Below are positions 47,872 through 61,137 of a stretch of 64,000 bases of DNA, one piece after another. The first letter of the stretch is position 1. Each line of letters starts with the position of its first letter. Below the pieces are notes generated by a model, which saw only the letters and a program-made list of their open reading frames with translations, did not search any database and had not been told where the DNA came from. The position numbers and the translations under genes are program-made. This DNA comes from Podarcis tiliguerta (Eukaryota), in assembly GCA_965153285.1 (NCBI GenBank), contig OZ229129.1; one strand, given 5' to 3'.

Positions 47872-49726
47872 CTAAGGAGAGGAAGCAGGGAAGCTGGTGT
47901 TTCCCCTTAGGCCATTCAACACAGCCCTTGCCCTGTGCCTGTGGCCCAAATCGACCATGCCAATGTGTCCAAGACACAGGTAGCCAAACCCCAGGTACAT
48001 CCATACCATGGTGACCAAGCGGGGTTATTCCCAGGTTAAGGGTGAACAGCACTGTAGCTGAAAGTTGTTGTTGTAGTAAATTATTATTATTATTTATTAT
48101 TATTATTATTATTATTACATATAAAATACCTCACATTTTCCCCACCTGTTAAAATCACTTTTACTGTGATCTCAAAGCATGTGCACGTCTCCCCATCCCA
48201 TTTAATATCTGACAGAGATTGCAAGGAAAGGGGAGTGGATAGAAAGAGGCTTTTAAAGGTTTCTGTAAGCATCCTCTCTCTTCCCTTTAAAGTCCCTGAG
48301 ATTGGGAATTTAAAAGGGAAGAGGGAGACAATTTGCAAAGGCTTTTTCAGGCCTCTCCCCTATCTCACTTCAATCTTGAAAGTGGGGCGGGGAGCGAAGT
48401 GTGCAAAGCACTTGGCAAGCAAAGGCAATGGAGGGGATTTTTCCAGCACTGTTTCTGCTTCTTTCTTTTTGCTTGCCTTATTTATCTATTGATAAAAAAA
48501 TATTTTAAAATGGATATTCATTAAAAAATATCAAAGTGCCTTGACTGTGTGTGCCTGTTCCCAGCAGAGAACCAGCACGAGCAGCCAAAACTGAGCAGGA
48601 TTTAGCCCCTGCTCTTCAGTTGACTAGGAGTAGGAGGGCTAGATCCTACTTTGGGCTGCAAGTCCCTGTCTGCACAGCCAAAGCAGAATTGAACCCCACC
48701 TTCCTGTCCATCATGAGTCATTTCAGCTGAGGGACAGGTAGGTGTGGTTTGTAGGAAAAGGTCTTGCAGTCCAAACCTCATCTTGGTGGGCCAAGATTGG
48801 CTTGCGGCCTGGAGGTTCCTCAACCCCACCTTAACTAGCCCATGACAGAGAACCTGGTACACTCCATAAACGAGGCAATGTTGTAGCTCACAGCCAGTAT
48901 TTTAAATGGAGTCCAGAAACAAAGTCATCTCCCAGCAAGGGGAATTACATTTCCCAGCATCTGCTTCACATCTTATGTGGGCTGTCCTATTGTTTTGGTG
49001 CTATCCTCCTGCCGTTGCTCCCACCTGAACTGTCTTGAAGGGTTAGAACACAGAGACGTCAATTACGTCTCCATGCCACACACACGCACCCTGACTCAAC
49101 GCCATCTCAGCTTGACAAAACAGGTTGGCAACTTGCTCACTTGGGACCAGGTGAACTCCTGGATTTCACTTTTTTGTGGCCCTCAAACGCTTCTGAAGTT
49201 ACTCTATTATTCCATCCCATCCAAGTTCCTTCCTTCCTATTCTTCCTGATTTTATAAAAGCATGACAACAAACAAGTAGGCTTTAACTAAAGTCAGAAAG
49301 GAATTAATTTCACTTGCTTCGCAGAACAGTAATTGTATCGGTCCACTATAGTACTAACAAGAAATCCTCTGTATGCTTCTTTGAGTGTACTCCAATCCAA
49401 CTCAGTGGAGCTTACACCCACCTAGATCTGCACGGGACTAGCAATTCTAATGTGAAAAAGCCATGGTGAAAACTGATAAAAGGCAGTCTTATTTCAAGGT
49501 TAGTTTATCCAGAAAACTTAAGTCTCCGGCTCCACCCACTGTCAGTATGTGGCTCTGAACAGACGACCCCAGACGGAATGAGGTCCTCGATAGGAAAAAG
49601 ATTCCCTACATTCGACTATCTGGGATTGGCCACTGATCATTGCACACATATCTAGGAAAATATACAGGAAACAACTTACACATCTCAAGCAATCTGACCC
49701 AAACAGAAAAGTCACTGATCACAAAC

Positions 49727-49829
49727 CTTTCGGTGTTTCTTCATTCAGTTTATGGAAGTGTGGAGACTTTGTGTTCCAGCTCCCAGTGATGACATAGGAC
49801 TTCCCATCAGAACTTTTGCCCATAGACTC
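49727..49829 (-). CDS. RABGAP1: RABGAP1 coding exon (~exon 9), [34 protein letters not shown], 103 nt, phase 0->1
   Basis: Acceptor ggttttag|GAG, donor AAAG|gtttgt; follows a 157-nt intron. Confidence 0.94.
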
Positions 49830-49986
49830 CTAAAACCACAGAACAGGGTGAGTTAAAACAAAGCCCATAGGCTCTGCTAGATCACATCACAAAATACACT
49901 TGAAATCACCTGGAAACACACAAGCAACATGTCATTTAGTGGGGCTATTTGAGGGGGAAATCTCTGGAAACTGAAGGGCACCTTAC

Positions 49987-50053
49987 CAGATCCAACAGGT
50001 GCATATTGCCACTCTGCACATCCTTCCCAGGGCTAAGGAGGAGGCCAAAACAC
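49987..50053 (-). CDS. RABGAP1: RABGAP1 coding exon (~exon 8), CFGLLLSPGKDVQSGNMHLLDL, 67 nt, phase 2->0
   Basis: Acceptor aaatcacag|G, donor CTG|gtaagg; translated by hand (too short for the ORF track). Confidence 0.93.
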
Positions 50054-50489
50054 CTGTGATTTAAAAAGAAAAAAAGCCAACCTCTAGCAACCATTTCCAT
50101 GTGGAACAGGTAGTCCTGAAAAAGGTAGTCAGATTTTATGGGGTACTTTGGTGGAGAAAAACCACAGTATGTACTAAACTGTTTAACAACTGCCCCATCA
50201 GCTCTTAGAGAAGAATTGAAATGAGGAACTGGGCAGCAGGGTTAGAGGAAATTTTCAGCTCAATAGTACTTTACAAGTCAGAACATACATTGTACTTATT
50301 TTATAGATTTTATCATGCTTTTCAAGAGAGTCTCATTACAAAGCGGTGAACACAATACAAAAGACACCATTCAAAACTCAACACAACTCCAAACCTTAAA
50401 AATGCCAGCACACACAAAACCCCCTACAATCCACCAAGCACAGTAAGAATAAATGTTAGCAGCATTTCAGCATTCCACATAACATCAAC

Positions 50490-50762
50490 TTTATTATTTG
50501 TACCCCACCTTTCTGGCTGGGTTGCCCCAACCACTCTGGGTGGCTTCCAACAGATATAAAAACGCAATAAAACATCAAACGTTTAAAAACTTCCTTATAC
50601 AGAGCTGCCTTCAGATGTCTTCTAAAAGTTGTGTAGTTCTTTATCTCCTTGACATCTGATGGGAGGGCATTCCACAGGGAGAGCACCACTACCAAGGAGG
50701 CCTTCTGCCTGGTTCCCTGCAACTTCTTGCAGTGAAGGAACCTCAGTGTGTGGGCTGAATGA
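50490..50762 (-). mobile_element. L2-like 3' fragment; related short copies at about 13144-13335 and 27448-27630
   Basis: Shares ccccagccactctgggtggcttccaaca...aaacttcc...gctgccttcagatgtcttctaaaag with 37860-37972. Confidence 0.7.
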
Positions 50763-50877
50763 TAGGGGCAGCAGGGAGGGGGCCTGTCTGATCTTACTTG
50801 GGTGTGGGGCCACCACCAAAGATGCCCCTTCCTGCATGCCCACCAAAGCTCTTCAGAGGAAATAGACACAAAGTTAC

Positions 50878-50988
50878 CTTTCAATTGCCAGTTCTTTGTT
50901 GGTTGTCTGTTGTACGTAAATGACGATCTTCTTGTCGATGCCTTGGCGCAGTTTAAAGCACTGCCGGTCCTTGTCTTTGGGGACAGCA
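50878..50988 (-). CDS. RABGAP1: RABGAP1 coding exon (~exon 7), AVPKDKDRQCFKLRQGIDKKIVIYVQQTTNKELAIER, 111 nt, phase 2->2
   Basis: Acceptor gaccacag|T, donor GAAAG|gtaact; translated by hand. Confidence 0.95.
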
Positions 50989-52816
50989 CTGTGGTCAAAA
51001 AGGGAAATGTTCACACGGTCCTCTTATTTGTAGTCACAAATTTGAGAACAGAATCAGTAGGCAAGTGAGAGTTTTCACAGCCTGGTGAGTCCAGAAATCT
51101 AAGAGAGTTGGTGATTCGACAAGGACAACAGCATGCCCTAAAACAGGAATCACCAATATTTGAAATCTCACACACCTCTCTCTTGCTCTCCATTCCACAC
51201 CTGAAATAAGGCTTGGGGGGGGGGGTCAGTGCTTATAGTTTCTTTCAAGCATATTGAAGGTGGTGGGTAGTTTTAATGGAAAACAGCAGCTAGGGAGGCA
51301 AGAATAAATCTCCAGGACAGATACCACAACAACAATTAGGCTTGAAAAGGCTTTTTAGAGTCTGGTTGTGGCAGGGTGCGGAAGGATGGTAGGAAATAAG
51401 TGTTCCAACCAATATTGGAGAACAAACAGTAAAGTGTAGAGGAATGAAAACATAAGGAACTGGAAGCCCGAGAATGGGGTGAGAAGATCTAAGATTTAGC
51501 TGAGGTGGTAATTAAAGACTGGGTTTTTTAAAAAAACAAAAAACCTAAGATGTACTAGAATTTAGCTTCCTATCAACAACACGCACAGCACTCTCTTTTA
51601 AAAGAGGCACCAAGATTTTAAAAAGGCAATTTCTTTTTACTCAGCCACCAGTCTGTTTGACACATGTAGAGCTGCTATGACAAGAATGAACAGCAGGTGG
51701 CCTCACAGCTCTATGACTCCAAAGGCAGTGCACATCAGAAGAAAAAAAAGGGTGGTCACTAGATAAAGCAAGCTAAGGATACAGGTCTTAAGTTTTCTGG
51801 GCTTGGCATTGGGCGCTCAAATGCAACAAGGTCATGAGACCAGTATCTCCAGCATGTATCCAATGGGGAAAAAACCGCTTTGAGGGAAGGAGGCTGGACA
51901 AGATGGGCCACTGGCCTGATACAACAAGGCTCTTCTGCTCTTTTAAAAAATAATAATATTACATTTTCTATTTTTGTAATCACAATATCCATACATACGT
52001 CAATAAACTCAAACCTCACTCTTGCCAGAGCACCGACCTCCTCCCGCCCCCCTTCCTGACTTCCATATATATTTACTTTAATCTTAGCATTTCTATAAGC
52101 ACTTTTTTACCTCCTCTCTTATTTTTATATTTCCCCTTCCAACAAGGCTCTTCTTATGGTCTTCTCAAGGGAGACCTGGAGGGGCACAGTTCCCCGTTGT
52201 GGTCTTAGGAGGCCCTCCTCTTTAGGCAGCAAGGTATATTACTTCACTTTAAAAATATGGTTGGCTAGCCCTGGTGCCTTTGTGGGGCCTTCCTGCTCCT
52301 TCTGCCGGGAGGGGTCCTGAACTTCTGCCCCGGAGTGTTGCCCTGTCAGGGCCAGGATCCAGCCCCCCTGATCCAGCTGCACGGTGGCTCTTCCCTTCTT
52401 AACAAAAAGGGCCACTACTGAACAAAGTCCAAGCCAGAAGAAAACAGCACATAAAATTCCCATACCTGATTTCGGACAAAGTGCTTCACTTTTATTGGGT
52501 GGTAGCCAACAAAGTCCATATTTATTTCAATGGGTCTACTCTGGGAATAACTTAGTCAGCTATCACCCATTTTAGCTTCCCGTTTACTGACCCCTCATTA
52601 ACCACACCCCCTGCATCATTCATAAAAAAATAAAATACGCCATTTTTAAAAGGTTAACACAATAAAATCAGACTACATCCACATAAAGACCATTTCAAGC
52701 AACATAAAACAATTCTTTAAAAAGCATTTTAAAACCCAGCTAAAAATAACTTGGACCATATTTCATGTTAAAATGGGTTCTGGAGAGAAGCATCAAATGT
52801 GGAGGGGAGAGCACAC

Positions 52817-52974
52817 CTGAAATATCCTTTCCCATCATCTTCTTTTATTTCCAGAGAAACGGAGAAGGTAAATATGTCACTGTCTGGTGTCTGCGGGGCA
52901 GAGGGAGCAGCAAGAGGGGTTTGTTTGGCAGAGCGGCGGAAGGCGGTGGCAAAACTGTACAGGATCCGACTCAC
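52817..52974 (-). CDS. RABGAP1: RABGAP1 coding exon (~exon 6), VSRILYSFATAFRRSAKQ...KEDDGKGYFS, 158 nt, phase 0->2
   Basis: Acceptor ccacag|GTG, donor TTCAG|gtgtgc; ORF 52768..52974(-). Confidence 0.95.
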
Positions 52975-54037
52975 CTGTGGACACGAAGAGCCAGAGAGAA
53001 AGAAAGTCAGTAGCTGGGATTCCTAGTGGGGAGCAGAGTTAGGGAAACGGCTCTTTTGTTATTTCTGAGGGTGGAGTGAGTTCGTGACTGGCTTAGCAGC
53101 TATCCAGTGCACTTTTGAAGTTAATGAGGGTTTCAACACAGGGCTGATGAGACACTCTAATGTAGTTTTCCCAACCTGGTGCCTTCCAGAGGCTTTGGAC
53201 TACAACTCCACCAGCTCCACCTAGAAGAGGTTAATGGCCAGGCATGGCAGAAATTGTAGTCCAGAACCTCTGGAGCACACCAGGTTGAAGGCGGCTCTTG
53301 TAACTGCTACATTACACCCACTCTGTTTGTTTTGATAGGATATGCTTTTCCGCTTTCATTAGGATTCTCCAAACTCCCTTCAGTTGCTCAGCCTCACTCT
53401 TTGAATTTGGTGCCTGAATGGAACACCTCTGCCACGGCTTCCTTTAACAGTGCAATTCTATGCATGGCCTTTCAGAAGGAAGTCCTACTGTATTAAGTGT
53501 ACACAAGGCTGCAGCCCAAGTCTGTGACTATGAGCCAAATCAGAAATTTGTGCCAAAATCTAACAAGTTATTCCATCTTGCAAGTGCGCATCTTGAAATT
53601 CTTCTCAGCAGCACTGCTCGTTATCAACGCAGAGAATAAAGACCTGATCACAGTCAGAGTTTAATGAGCCCAGCACAGAATAACTGAAGCATAGTATGAT
53701 GCTAAACTGTCAGCACAAATAAATGGCTGGAAGCAGAAGATCTGCATCATCAGGGTTACCAAGGATCACTAAGAAGGTACTGACATTATACAAAGGAGAT
53801 TCCTTCTTTGGCAGGAAGAGGAGGACATAAATTTAATTAATAAATGAAATACGCCTAGCTGCCTTAATACTGAGTCAGACCACTGATCCTTCCAGCTCAG
53901 TATTGTCCACACTGATTGGCAGCGACTCTCCAGGGTTTCCAGTACAGGATCTCTCTGGAGATGCCAGGGACAAAACCTGGGATCTTCCACATGCAAGGCA
54001 GGAGAATCAACAAAGGCAAAGCAGATGCTGAACTTAC

Positions 54038-54212
54038 AGCTTCTTGGATTTCACACCGGAAGACATGAATTCTGAAGAGCTCTGAGTTGTAATGGCTTTC
54101 AGTGAAAGCGAAGCAGTCGCTTTCTGGAGTCCCGTCGTGTCCCCGCACACAGAACAGGATCTTGTAAATGGGATAGTTGGCTATTTCGGTGTTCGTTGGG
54201 GGTTCTAGCAGC
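54038..54212 (-). CDS. RABGAP1: RABGAP1 coding exon (~exon 5), LLEPPTNTEIANYPIYKILFCVRGHDGTPESDCFAFTESH...IQEA, 175 nt, phase 2->0
   Basis: Acceptor ctctgcag|G, donor GCT|gtaagt; ORF 53897..54223(-). Confidence 0.96.
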
Positions 54213-54342
54213 CTGCAGAGCAAAAGGGGGAAATGAAGGTGTGAGCTGCAAATGCTTCACCTTGAAGACAGACAAGCTGCAAGTAGTTTAATGATGGATC
54301 CAATCTTTAACTAATTAACTGGTCAATTTAAGTGAGCAAAAT

Positions 54343-54403
54343 CTAAAAAAGGATCCAAATTGAGCAACTTAGGCTAAAAAGGGATCCAAATTGAGCAACT
54401 TAG
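54343..54403. repeat. 31-bp tandem duplication
   Basis: ctaaaaaaggatccaaattgagcaacttagg followed by ctaaaaagggatccaaattgagcaacttag. Confidence 0.85.
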
Positions 54404-55930
54404 CTCCTATTCAGAAGTGCACGTTCTGTGTTTCTGCTTTCTTTCTTACTGAATGCTTTTACAGCTCTCCTTAAAGGAAGCAAGTGTGGTTTTCAAAGGC
54501 ACATGTTTCCCTGATGGAGGACTGTTCATACTTGACGCCCATCATAATCTACGGGATGGCTTTGAAAATATGAATTTATTCCCGACTCTCTTGAATCACT
54601 CTGTACCATCCCAAGAGTATTATATTTGTAAATGCCAGGTTCACTGATTGGAGGGCAGAGAGGACATCACTAGTCCCACACTCCCACTAGCAAAGACTTC
54701 CACTATCTCTGCTCCCACCCCCTATTGGCTTCGGGGGTAGGAGAACCCTCAGAACAGCATGGGATAAGCTGAATTGCTTGCTCTGTTGGAATAACTGCCA
54801 TAGTGCTACACTGAATTCCTTCCACTGGACATTACAGATAATTTTAAAAAGAGTTCTGTTCTTTTGCTGTTTTTAAAATCTTCCGTCCACATAAATCAGA
54901 AGTTGCAGGAGCAGACTAGACAATAATTATGCCTCCATTCTCCCATTTATAGATTTCTTGTTTGAGTTTAACACCTGTTATCTGAAAAATAATAAAATCA
55001 GTGCTAGCACAGAAAAGCCAGCACTAGCCACCAGAACACCTGGGAGGCTGAAGGAGCGAACTTCCCTTCACTGACTCCCCACCCACCCACCTGCCTTTCT
55101 GCTGCTGGCAAATGCCTTTGGACAACAGACCAGAGAGTTGGCGGTGAACCATCTAGCCTGGTGAGAAGATCCCTAGTCCAACTGAACTGCATCTAAGTCA
55201 GGCTGCTGCAGTCACCGTGGAGTGAAGCAAGACCGCACACTTTACCTGCAGTACGGGTTGGCTTTATTTATTTATTTTGCCCATTAACTTAAGATTTTGC
55301 ACTGTACTTGTATCTAGATTCATTTCTTTGCAATACAGTAAGCCCACAACGTTCGCACATTTAACTTGTGTACATTCAGCTTTACAAGCTTCAGAAAATA
55401 ATTTATAAAAATGAAAAAAGGGGTGGGTACTGGGGGAAAAGACGTTTGCAATCCCACCCACCATTTCACCTTGAAGTGTTTTGACTATACGTGATTTTGG
55501 CTTTAGGCATAATGTCAAGAATGTAACCCCTGCGTAAGTTGTGGGCTTGCTGTACTGGCATTTATCCTATGCTTCCTGAAATGTTTTTTGTCTTATTTGA
55601 ATGCCCTGACATATTCCATAGCAGCAAGTTGTGTGTCCCGTCCCCCCACCCCCAACGTTTTGTACTTTGATAAACTGCTTTAGCACTGTGGACAAACAGC
55701 ATAGAAATAAATGAAACTTTTAAAAAAGAAAATAAACAGCCACAATTTACAACCAGTTTATCAAAGAAGACACTTTTCAGAAGATTGTCTTGGTGTTGCC
55801 CCATAGTAACCATGAGGCAACTTAGAAACTATTGCCACAGTATACAAAGCAGGTCCTAAAAAACGCCACTGCCAACGACAGGTGGACCTACAGAGCCTCC
55901 CACAATGCCACCCCACAGGTGGGAAAGTAC

Positions 55931-56135
55931 CTCACAGTTCCCTCCGACACATTAGGAACCGAAAGAGTCACGTCCACGGAAATCTCACACTGGCTTCGCA
56001 AGATGGACATCATCCTCAGGGCCTCCACCTCGCTCCTGGGAGCATTGACCGAGGCACAGCCCAAGTAAGTGAGCTTGCTGAAGACAACGCTGTCCTCATC
56101 AGCAACTGGAGTAAAAGGACTCGACTCCTCGGAAT
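55931..56135 (-). CDS. RABGAP1: RABGAP1 coding exon (~exon 4), DSEESSPFTPVADEDSVVFSKLTYLGCASV...VSEGTVR, start of PTB domain, 205 nt, phase 1->2
   Basis: Acceptor ttttgtag|AT, donor GTGAG|gtactt; translated by hand. Confidence 0.95.
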
Positions 56136-57222
56136 CTACAAAACAGCAGAAAAGCGGAGTCCGTTAATCTGTGTATCGAATTGCTAAATTGGATCAGTAT
56201 CCTCTACCACTCACATTAAGTTAAAATGAGTCTCTCCTGTGTAACCAGTCTGACTCTCAGATATGACTATTTGCACCCTATCTGATTTGCAGAGTTTGGA
56301 ACTGCACCATTAAGCAGGGGTGCCAATGGGAAGCTTTAGTGATATCAATGATTGAAATTGGCCCCTTCCCCCTTAAAAAGCAACCCACCCTTTATGGAAT
56401 GGTTGTGAAAGACCAGCCATGATTGGAAAAACCGGTACTGGAGAGAACAGCTAGGAAGGAGAATGAAGCCCCTTGGCCAGTCTCTGCTCAGGATACACAA
56501 AGGCTGTGCATATTCTGCTCCTCTCCAAGAAAGCACCATGGAAGTGCAAAAGGCTGTATCTGGCAAGGTTCAACCTCAACAAGATCGTCAAGTTCCTAGG
56601 CATTACTGCTGTGCAGGTTAAGACTTAATAACACATTTATATTCTGCACTTTCCATCCTTTAAGCCTAGGGCAGCTCCCAACCAAAATATCTAACCAAAA
56701 TATCAGAACCAAGTAACGAACAACACCAGGGAGGACCAGGAAGAGTCATCGGTCCCAGTTTCATAAAAGACAGGCTTGAACAAGGCCATTTTGACCTGCC
56801 TTGTAAAACACTCCCTATGAAGTGGTCAGGTCTCTTACAGAGCAGGGAATTCTATGTTGTGGATGCCACTGAAAAGTCCCCCCCCCATGTCCCCTGCCTT
56901 CACCATCTGAACCTCAGAGGGTAGATACAAAAGAGAAAGCCTTTGCATGAAATCAGTTGACCAGCTGCTGTCCCTTGCCATTTGTCAGCTGCCTTGAGTG
57001 TTTCTGCTGGCTTTCTCCATTATTGCCCAAGCTAATTGTTCGTTAGCTGCCTTGAGTGTCATTTTGACAGGAAGGCACAATATGAGTGTTTTAAGAAATG
57101 GCTTTCAGAAACTCACCCCAGATATGCTCTGCATCTGTGCTTCCTTCTCTTTCTTTCAGAGGCTTCTCATGAACCGGTTGTGCCCTCTCATTTCCCACCC
57201 ACCTGCCCCAAATTTCTCTCAC

Positions 57223-57463
57223 CTCCCTGCGCTGGCTTCACTGGCAAGCTCATATCAGGTTTCTGGGGTCCCGCCACAGACACAGGGTTAATTGTGGAGG
57301 ATGCAGAAGCCTCGAGGAGGACTGGCTCGTCTCCCTCTCCTCCATCATGATGGCTGTCCTCCTCCTCGTGTCCTCGGTCATTGGATTGGTCTTCCATGGG
57401 GGGATCCATTAGGACGTCTTCAAGCTCTTTCTGCAGTTGCTGCTCACTCCCATTCCCTATAAT
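57223..57463 (-). CDS. RABGAP1: RABGAP1 coding exon (~exon 3), IIGNGSEQQLQKELEDVLMDPP...PVKPAQG, 241 nt, phase 0->1
   Basis: Acceptor tttcacag|ATT, donor GGAG|gtgaga; translation in ORF 57188..57538(-). Confidence 0.93.
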
Positions 57464-60293
57464 CTGTGAAAGCAAGTGGCAAAGGGTGAGCCAAAAGAGG
57501 AGAGATGGGGACTTGACTGAGACCAGACACACATTCACTACAGGAGGCTAAAGAGAGGTTAAAAGCAGTTCAAATAACATTTTCTCAACTCTCTCAAGAG
57601 ACACTGATATCACTAGAAGGTTTCATTGGGTATCTGCAATGTTCATGAAAACAATACATAAGCCTACTAAGATCTCGTCCTTCTGGAGATGCAACAGGTT
57701 TGGCCAAGAAAATGCTGCACTGCTCTCTCCAGCACAAAAGCACAGGAGCAGCCCTACAGACTTCTGAATGTGTAAACTGAACAATAGAGGCACAGAATCA
57801 AGAGCAACAACAGTAGTGGAATTCCGATGGGCATTAATGACAGCAAGGAGCTGAGAACAGTGTGGCTGAGCTTTCCACAGCGGTTAAAGCAGACTGGGAA
57901 GAGGCTGCAGCACCTTCACAACTCATAGATTAGGGCAACTTCTCGCAGGCACCCAAGCTGCCAGGGCTGCCCTTGTGGTCAGCACCATACCTATTTCTAC
58001 CATGGCTTTCTATTCCCCACCTAATCCTTCCACATTTACCAATTTAACTAAAATGCCTGCCTCCTGACAAGTCCCAGCCTGTGAAGTTACACCTAGATCA
58101 AGTAACATCTGACCATCCCAAACGCATTTGTGTCAAAACATTGGAATGATATAGTATTTACTAAGGAGAAAGAATGCAAAGAGGCGCCCACTCAGAAGTC
58201 TTCCCACAGCCTGCTGCATAAGGCAGCACTGCTAGTGTTTAGCCTTTCAGACCTAGAGGCTGGGCCCAAGCCTCTGGTCAAACGTGCTGGGTGACCTTCA
58301 ACTTGTCAATGCCTCTCAAGTCTGACTTGCTTCACAGGGTAGTTGTGAGGGCAAAAAGAGGCACCATGCCACTGATTCCGTTGGAGGAAGACTGGGATAA
58401 AAATGTTGATTACCATTAAGCACTAAAGCCAAAGCCGTATGGTATGCGGCTCCTTGCTCCTGCTTCCCCCTCACAGACAGGGACCAGAGAGGGAGCTCCC
58501 TTGGCACTCCTGACTGCATTTATAACCCCAGCATTTTCTCCATGGAGCTCAAGGTGGCTCACATGGTTCTCCCTCTCCTCATTTATTGTTCACAGTGAAA
58601 TATCTTAGGCTGAGACGCACTGACAGGCCCAAGGTCACCCAGTGAGCTTCATGACTGACTTGGGATTCCAATCTGGTCTCCAAGGTTCTAGTCTGACACC
58701 CTAGCCACTACACTACCCTGCCAACACCAGCCTGCCTCTGAGACCCCACTTCTCCCTCCCATCCTGGTGCCACGGTTCTCCACCACTGCCTGGCCACAAA
58801 CACCCCTCTCCCCCTGCGTACCTTGGCCACCTTCCAGAGTCACAGAGCTGACACTTGGCCAGAGGTAGTTTGTGGCCAGACACATCTTATGGCTGCTTCC
58901 TCCAAGATGCTCAAATGAGAAGTTGAAGGAATGATTCAGAATGCAAGCACTCCCATCCTCCCCAGGAGAAATAACTGGGTACAGCCACCTTTTAAAAGCA
59001 TCCCCCTCCATCTACTCTCCACCTCACTTACCTGATGGCTGCTTCCTTCCAGCAAAGAACACCAGTCACTTAAGCCTCCAGGGAAGTGGAAGTGCAAACA
59101 GTACACAAAACAGGAGTTTTCCTGCCCTGTCAACATGGGAGTAAACTACTAGGTGTGGAGATGCCACCTAGTCACATTCACTTCCATCTCTAGGACAGGA
59201 GGCAACCTCCACAGCCACAAAGTTGGCCAATCCTGGCTCACAGATTCAATGCGACTGAGGCCATTACTGTCTCCACTTGGAAGGAAGTCTTTCATGTATC
59301 GGTACAAGGACAGGCCAAGATGGCCTGAAATCTGGTTAAGCCTGTTGAGCTAAATTAGACAGCAGGTAGCTTTGCCCTGTAATTTGCATCAGAAGAGAAC
59401 GAGCCTTTGGAGAAAAGCTGTAGGCTCAGAGGCAGAGCAGTCGCTTTGTGTACCAAAGAGGGTCCCATTGTGAGTCCCTGGCATCACCAGTTAAGATAAT
59501 CAGAAAGCAGGTGGAGAGGATAGACCTTTGCCCAAGATCCTGGAAACTGTGGACAGGGGAGATGAGGGGTACAGAATCTTTTTTAGCCCAAGGGTTGCAT
59601 TTCATTAATAGGGAACCTTCTGGGAGCCAGAATCAAACATAGGCAGAGCAATGCATGTGACTCTTGCCTTTGAGATGTAGGCTACATTCCAACCATGCAG
59701 CAGCAGCAGCAGCTAGGGATTTCCACACACCTCTCCATCCAGGCAAGCTAGAGGCTTCATCACAGTTCAAAGGCCAATTCCAGCCAGGAAGCAGAGCCCA
59801 AGGAGGATACAGAGCAAGGCCAGTAAGGGGCATGGTCTGTGGAAACTGTGAAGATGGTCCTGGCAGCCGGAAACACAGGACTGGATTCTGCCCTGGGCCT
59901 AAGGTTCCCCACCCCTTGAGTAGACAATGCTGACCAACGCCCATGGTCTGACTCAGTCTAAAGCAGTTTGACATTTCTTTTAAGTGTAGTAAAAGGCTAT
60001 TAACTAGGTTTCTGTGCACAGAGAAGACTCCAGCAGACAGAATGAAGAGACATCCACAAATAATCTGCCCTTAAAAAGTCTAAATCCAAAAGGAGGGAGA
60101 GGAGATCTTTAAGGATATTTAACTGCATAAAAGACCATAGGCAAAGGGGGCATTTCACCTGGAGAGACTTGCTGGTTTCCAGAACAAGAGAAACAAATAC
60201 AGTAGGACTTAATTGATATGTTATAATGCAGGTGTAAGAAACCTGGGGCTGCCCAGATATTATTGGGCCTTCAACCCCAGCCAGCTTGGCCAA

Positions 60294-60500
60294 TAAACAT
60301 TAGGAAGAACTTCCTGACAGTAAGAGCCGTTCGACAGTGGAATTTGCTGCCAAGGAGTGTGGTGGAGTCTCCTTCTTTGGAGGTCTTTAAGCAGAGGCTT
60401 GACAACCATATGTCAGGAGTGCTCTGATGGTGTTTCCTGCTTGGCAGAGGGTTGGACTCGATGGCCCTTGTGGTCTCTTCCAACTCTAGGATTCTATGAT
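60294..60500 (+). mobile_element. Short 3' fragment of the same young CR1 subfamily
   Basis: Reverse complement of about 5008-5214 with 4 mismatches counted by eye; ends in attctatgat. Confidence 0.92.
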
Positions 60501-61137
60501 AATAGTCAAGGATGTTGGGAGTTCTGTCCAGCAACAGCTGGAAGGCTGGAGGTTCCCCATCCCAGCATAATATATGAAGGGATACAAGTAGACATTGGGC
60601 AGCAAGGAGTGTGTCAACATGCCAGCCAGTGGGTTCATCATCACCCATTAACATTACAGGAACCAGGTTGTTAGTCATTGCTATGTACACTGTAGGTGAC
60701 TGCAGCCCCGTTCTTGGGTCTTTGGCTGCCAATGATGAAGCGGAATTTGGCCCACCATAGGTAACAAACTTGCTTCCCTCTAACTCTGGACCTTTTGGGT
60801 GGCCCTAAGCAACATGTGACCCTCACATCCAAGCAAGTCACTGGGCTTTGAGAAGGTGTGAGGTGTGAGAGAAGACCTCTGGAAGGGTCTTAAAGTCCTC
60901 CTGTCTCCTTTCCAAAGCAAAGTTAGTGCTTTCCCAGCTTTGGGAAGAATATGGGAGAGCTCTAGGACCCTGCCAGAGCCTAATACATCTTTCCCAAAGC
61001 CCAGAGCCTTGCTTATCCAGTTTTAAGAAGGCAGCACAAGGGTTGGTGGGGTGGCTTCGCTTCCTCTGCCCCAGCCCCAGCCTCACATGCAACAAGGCAA
61101 TATGCAGCCAGAGTTAGAAACTCAGATATATAAGCTA

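Larger units (their letters stand above)
19..57463 (-). other. RABGAP1: RABGAP1 (Rab GTPase-activating protein 1 / GAPCenA) gene body, partial: 14 internal coding exons, both gene ends outside the window
   Basis: Spliced minus-strand exons join in continuous phase and read as RABGAP1 as I remember it (IIGNGSEQQLQKEL...PTB...[13 protein letters not shown]...ITRDINRTFP...GYCQGQSF...MPEEQAF). The nested GPCR is GPR21 rather than GPR52, which favours RABGAP1 over RABGAP1L. Confidence 0.96.

Noticed and set aside
58822-58885. ATG...GGCCAAG|gtacgc candidate upstream exon on the minus strand
   Set aside because: From that ATG the donor is in phase 1, incompatible with the phase-0 acceptor at 57463.
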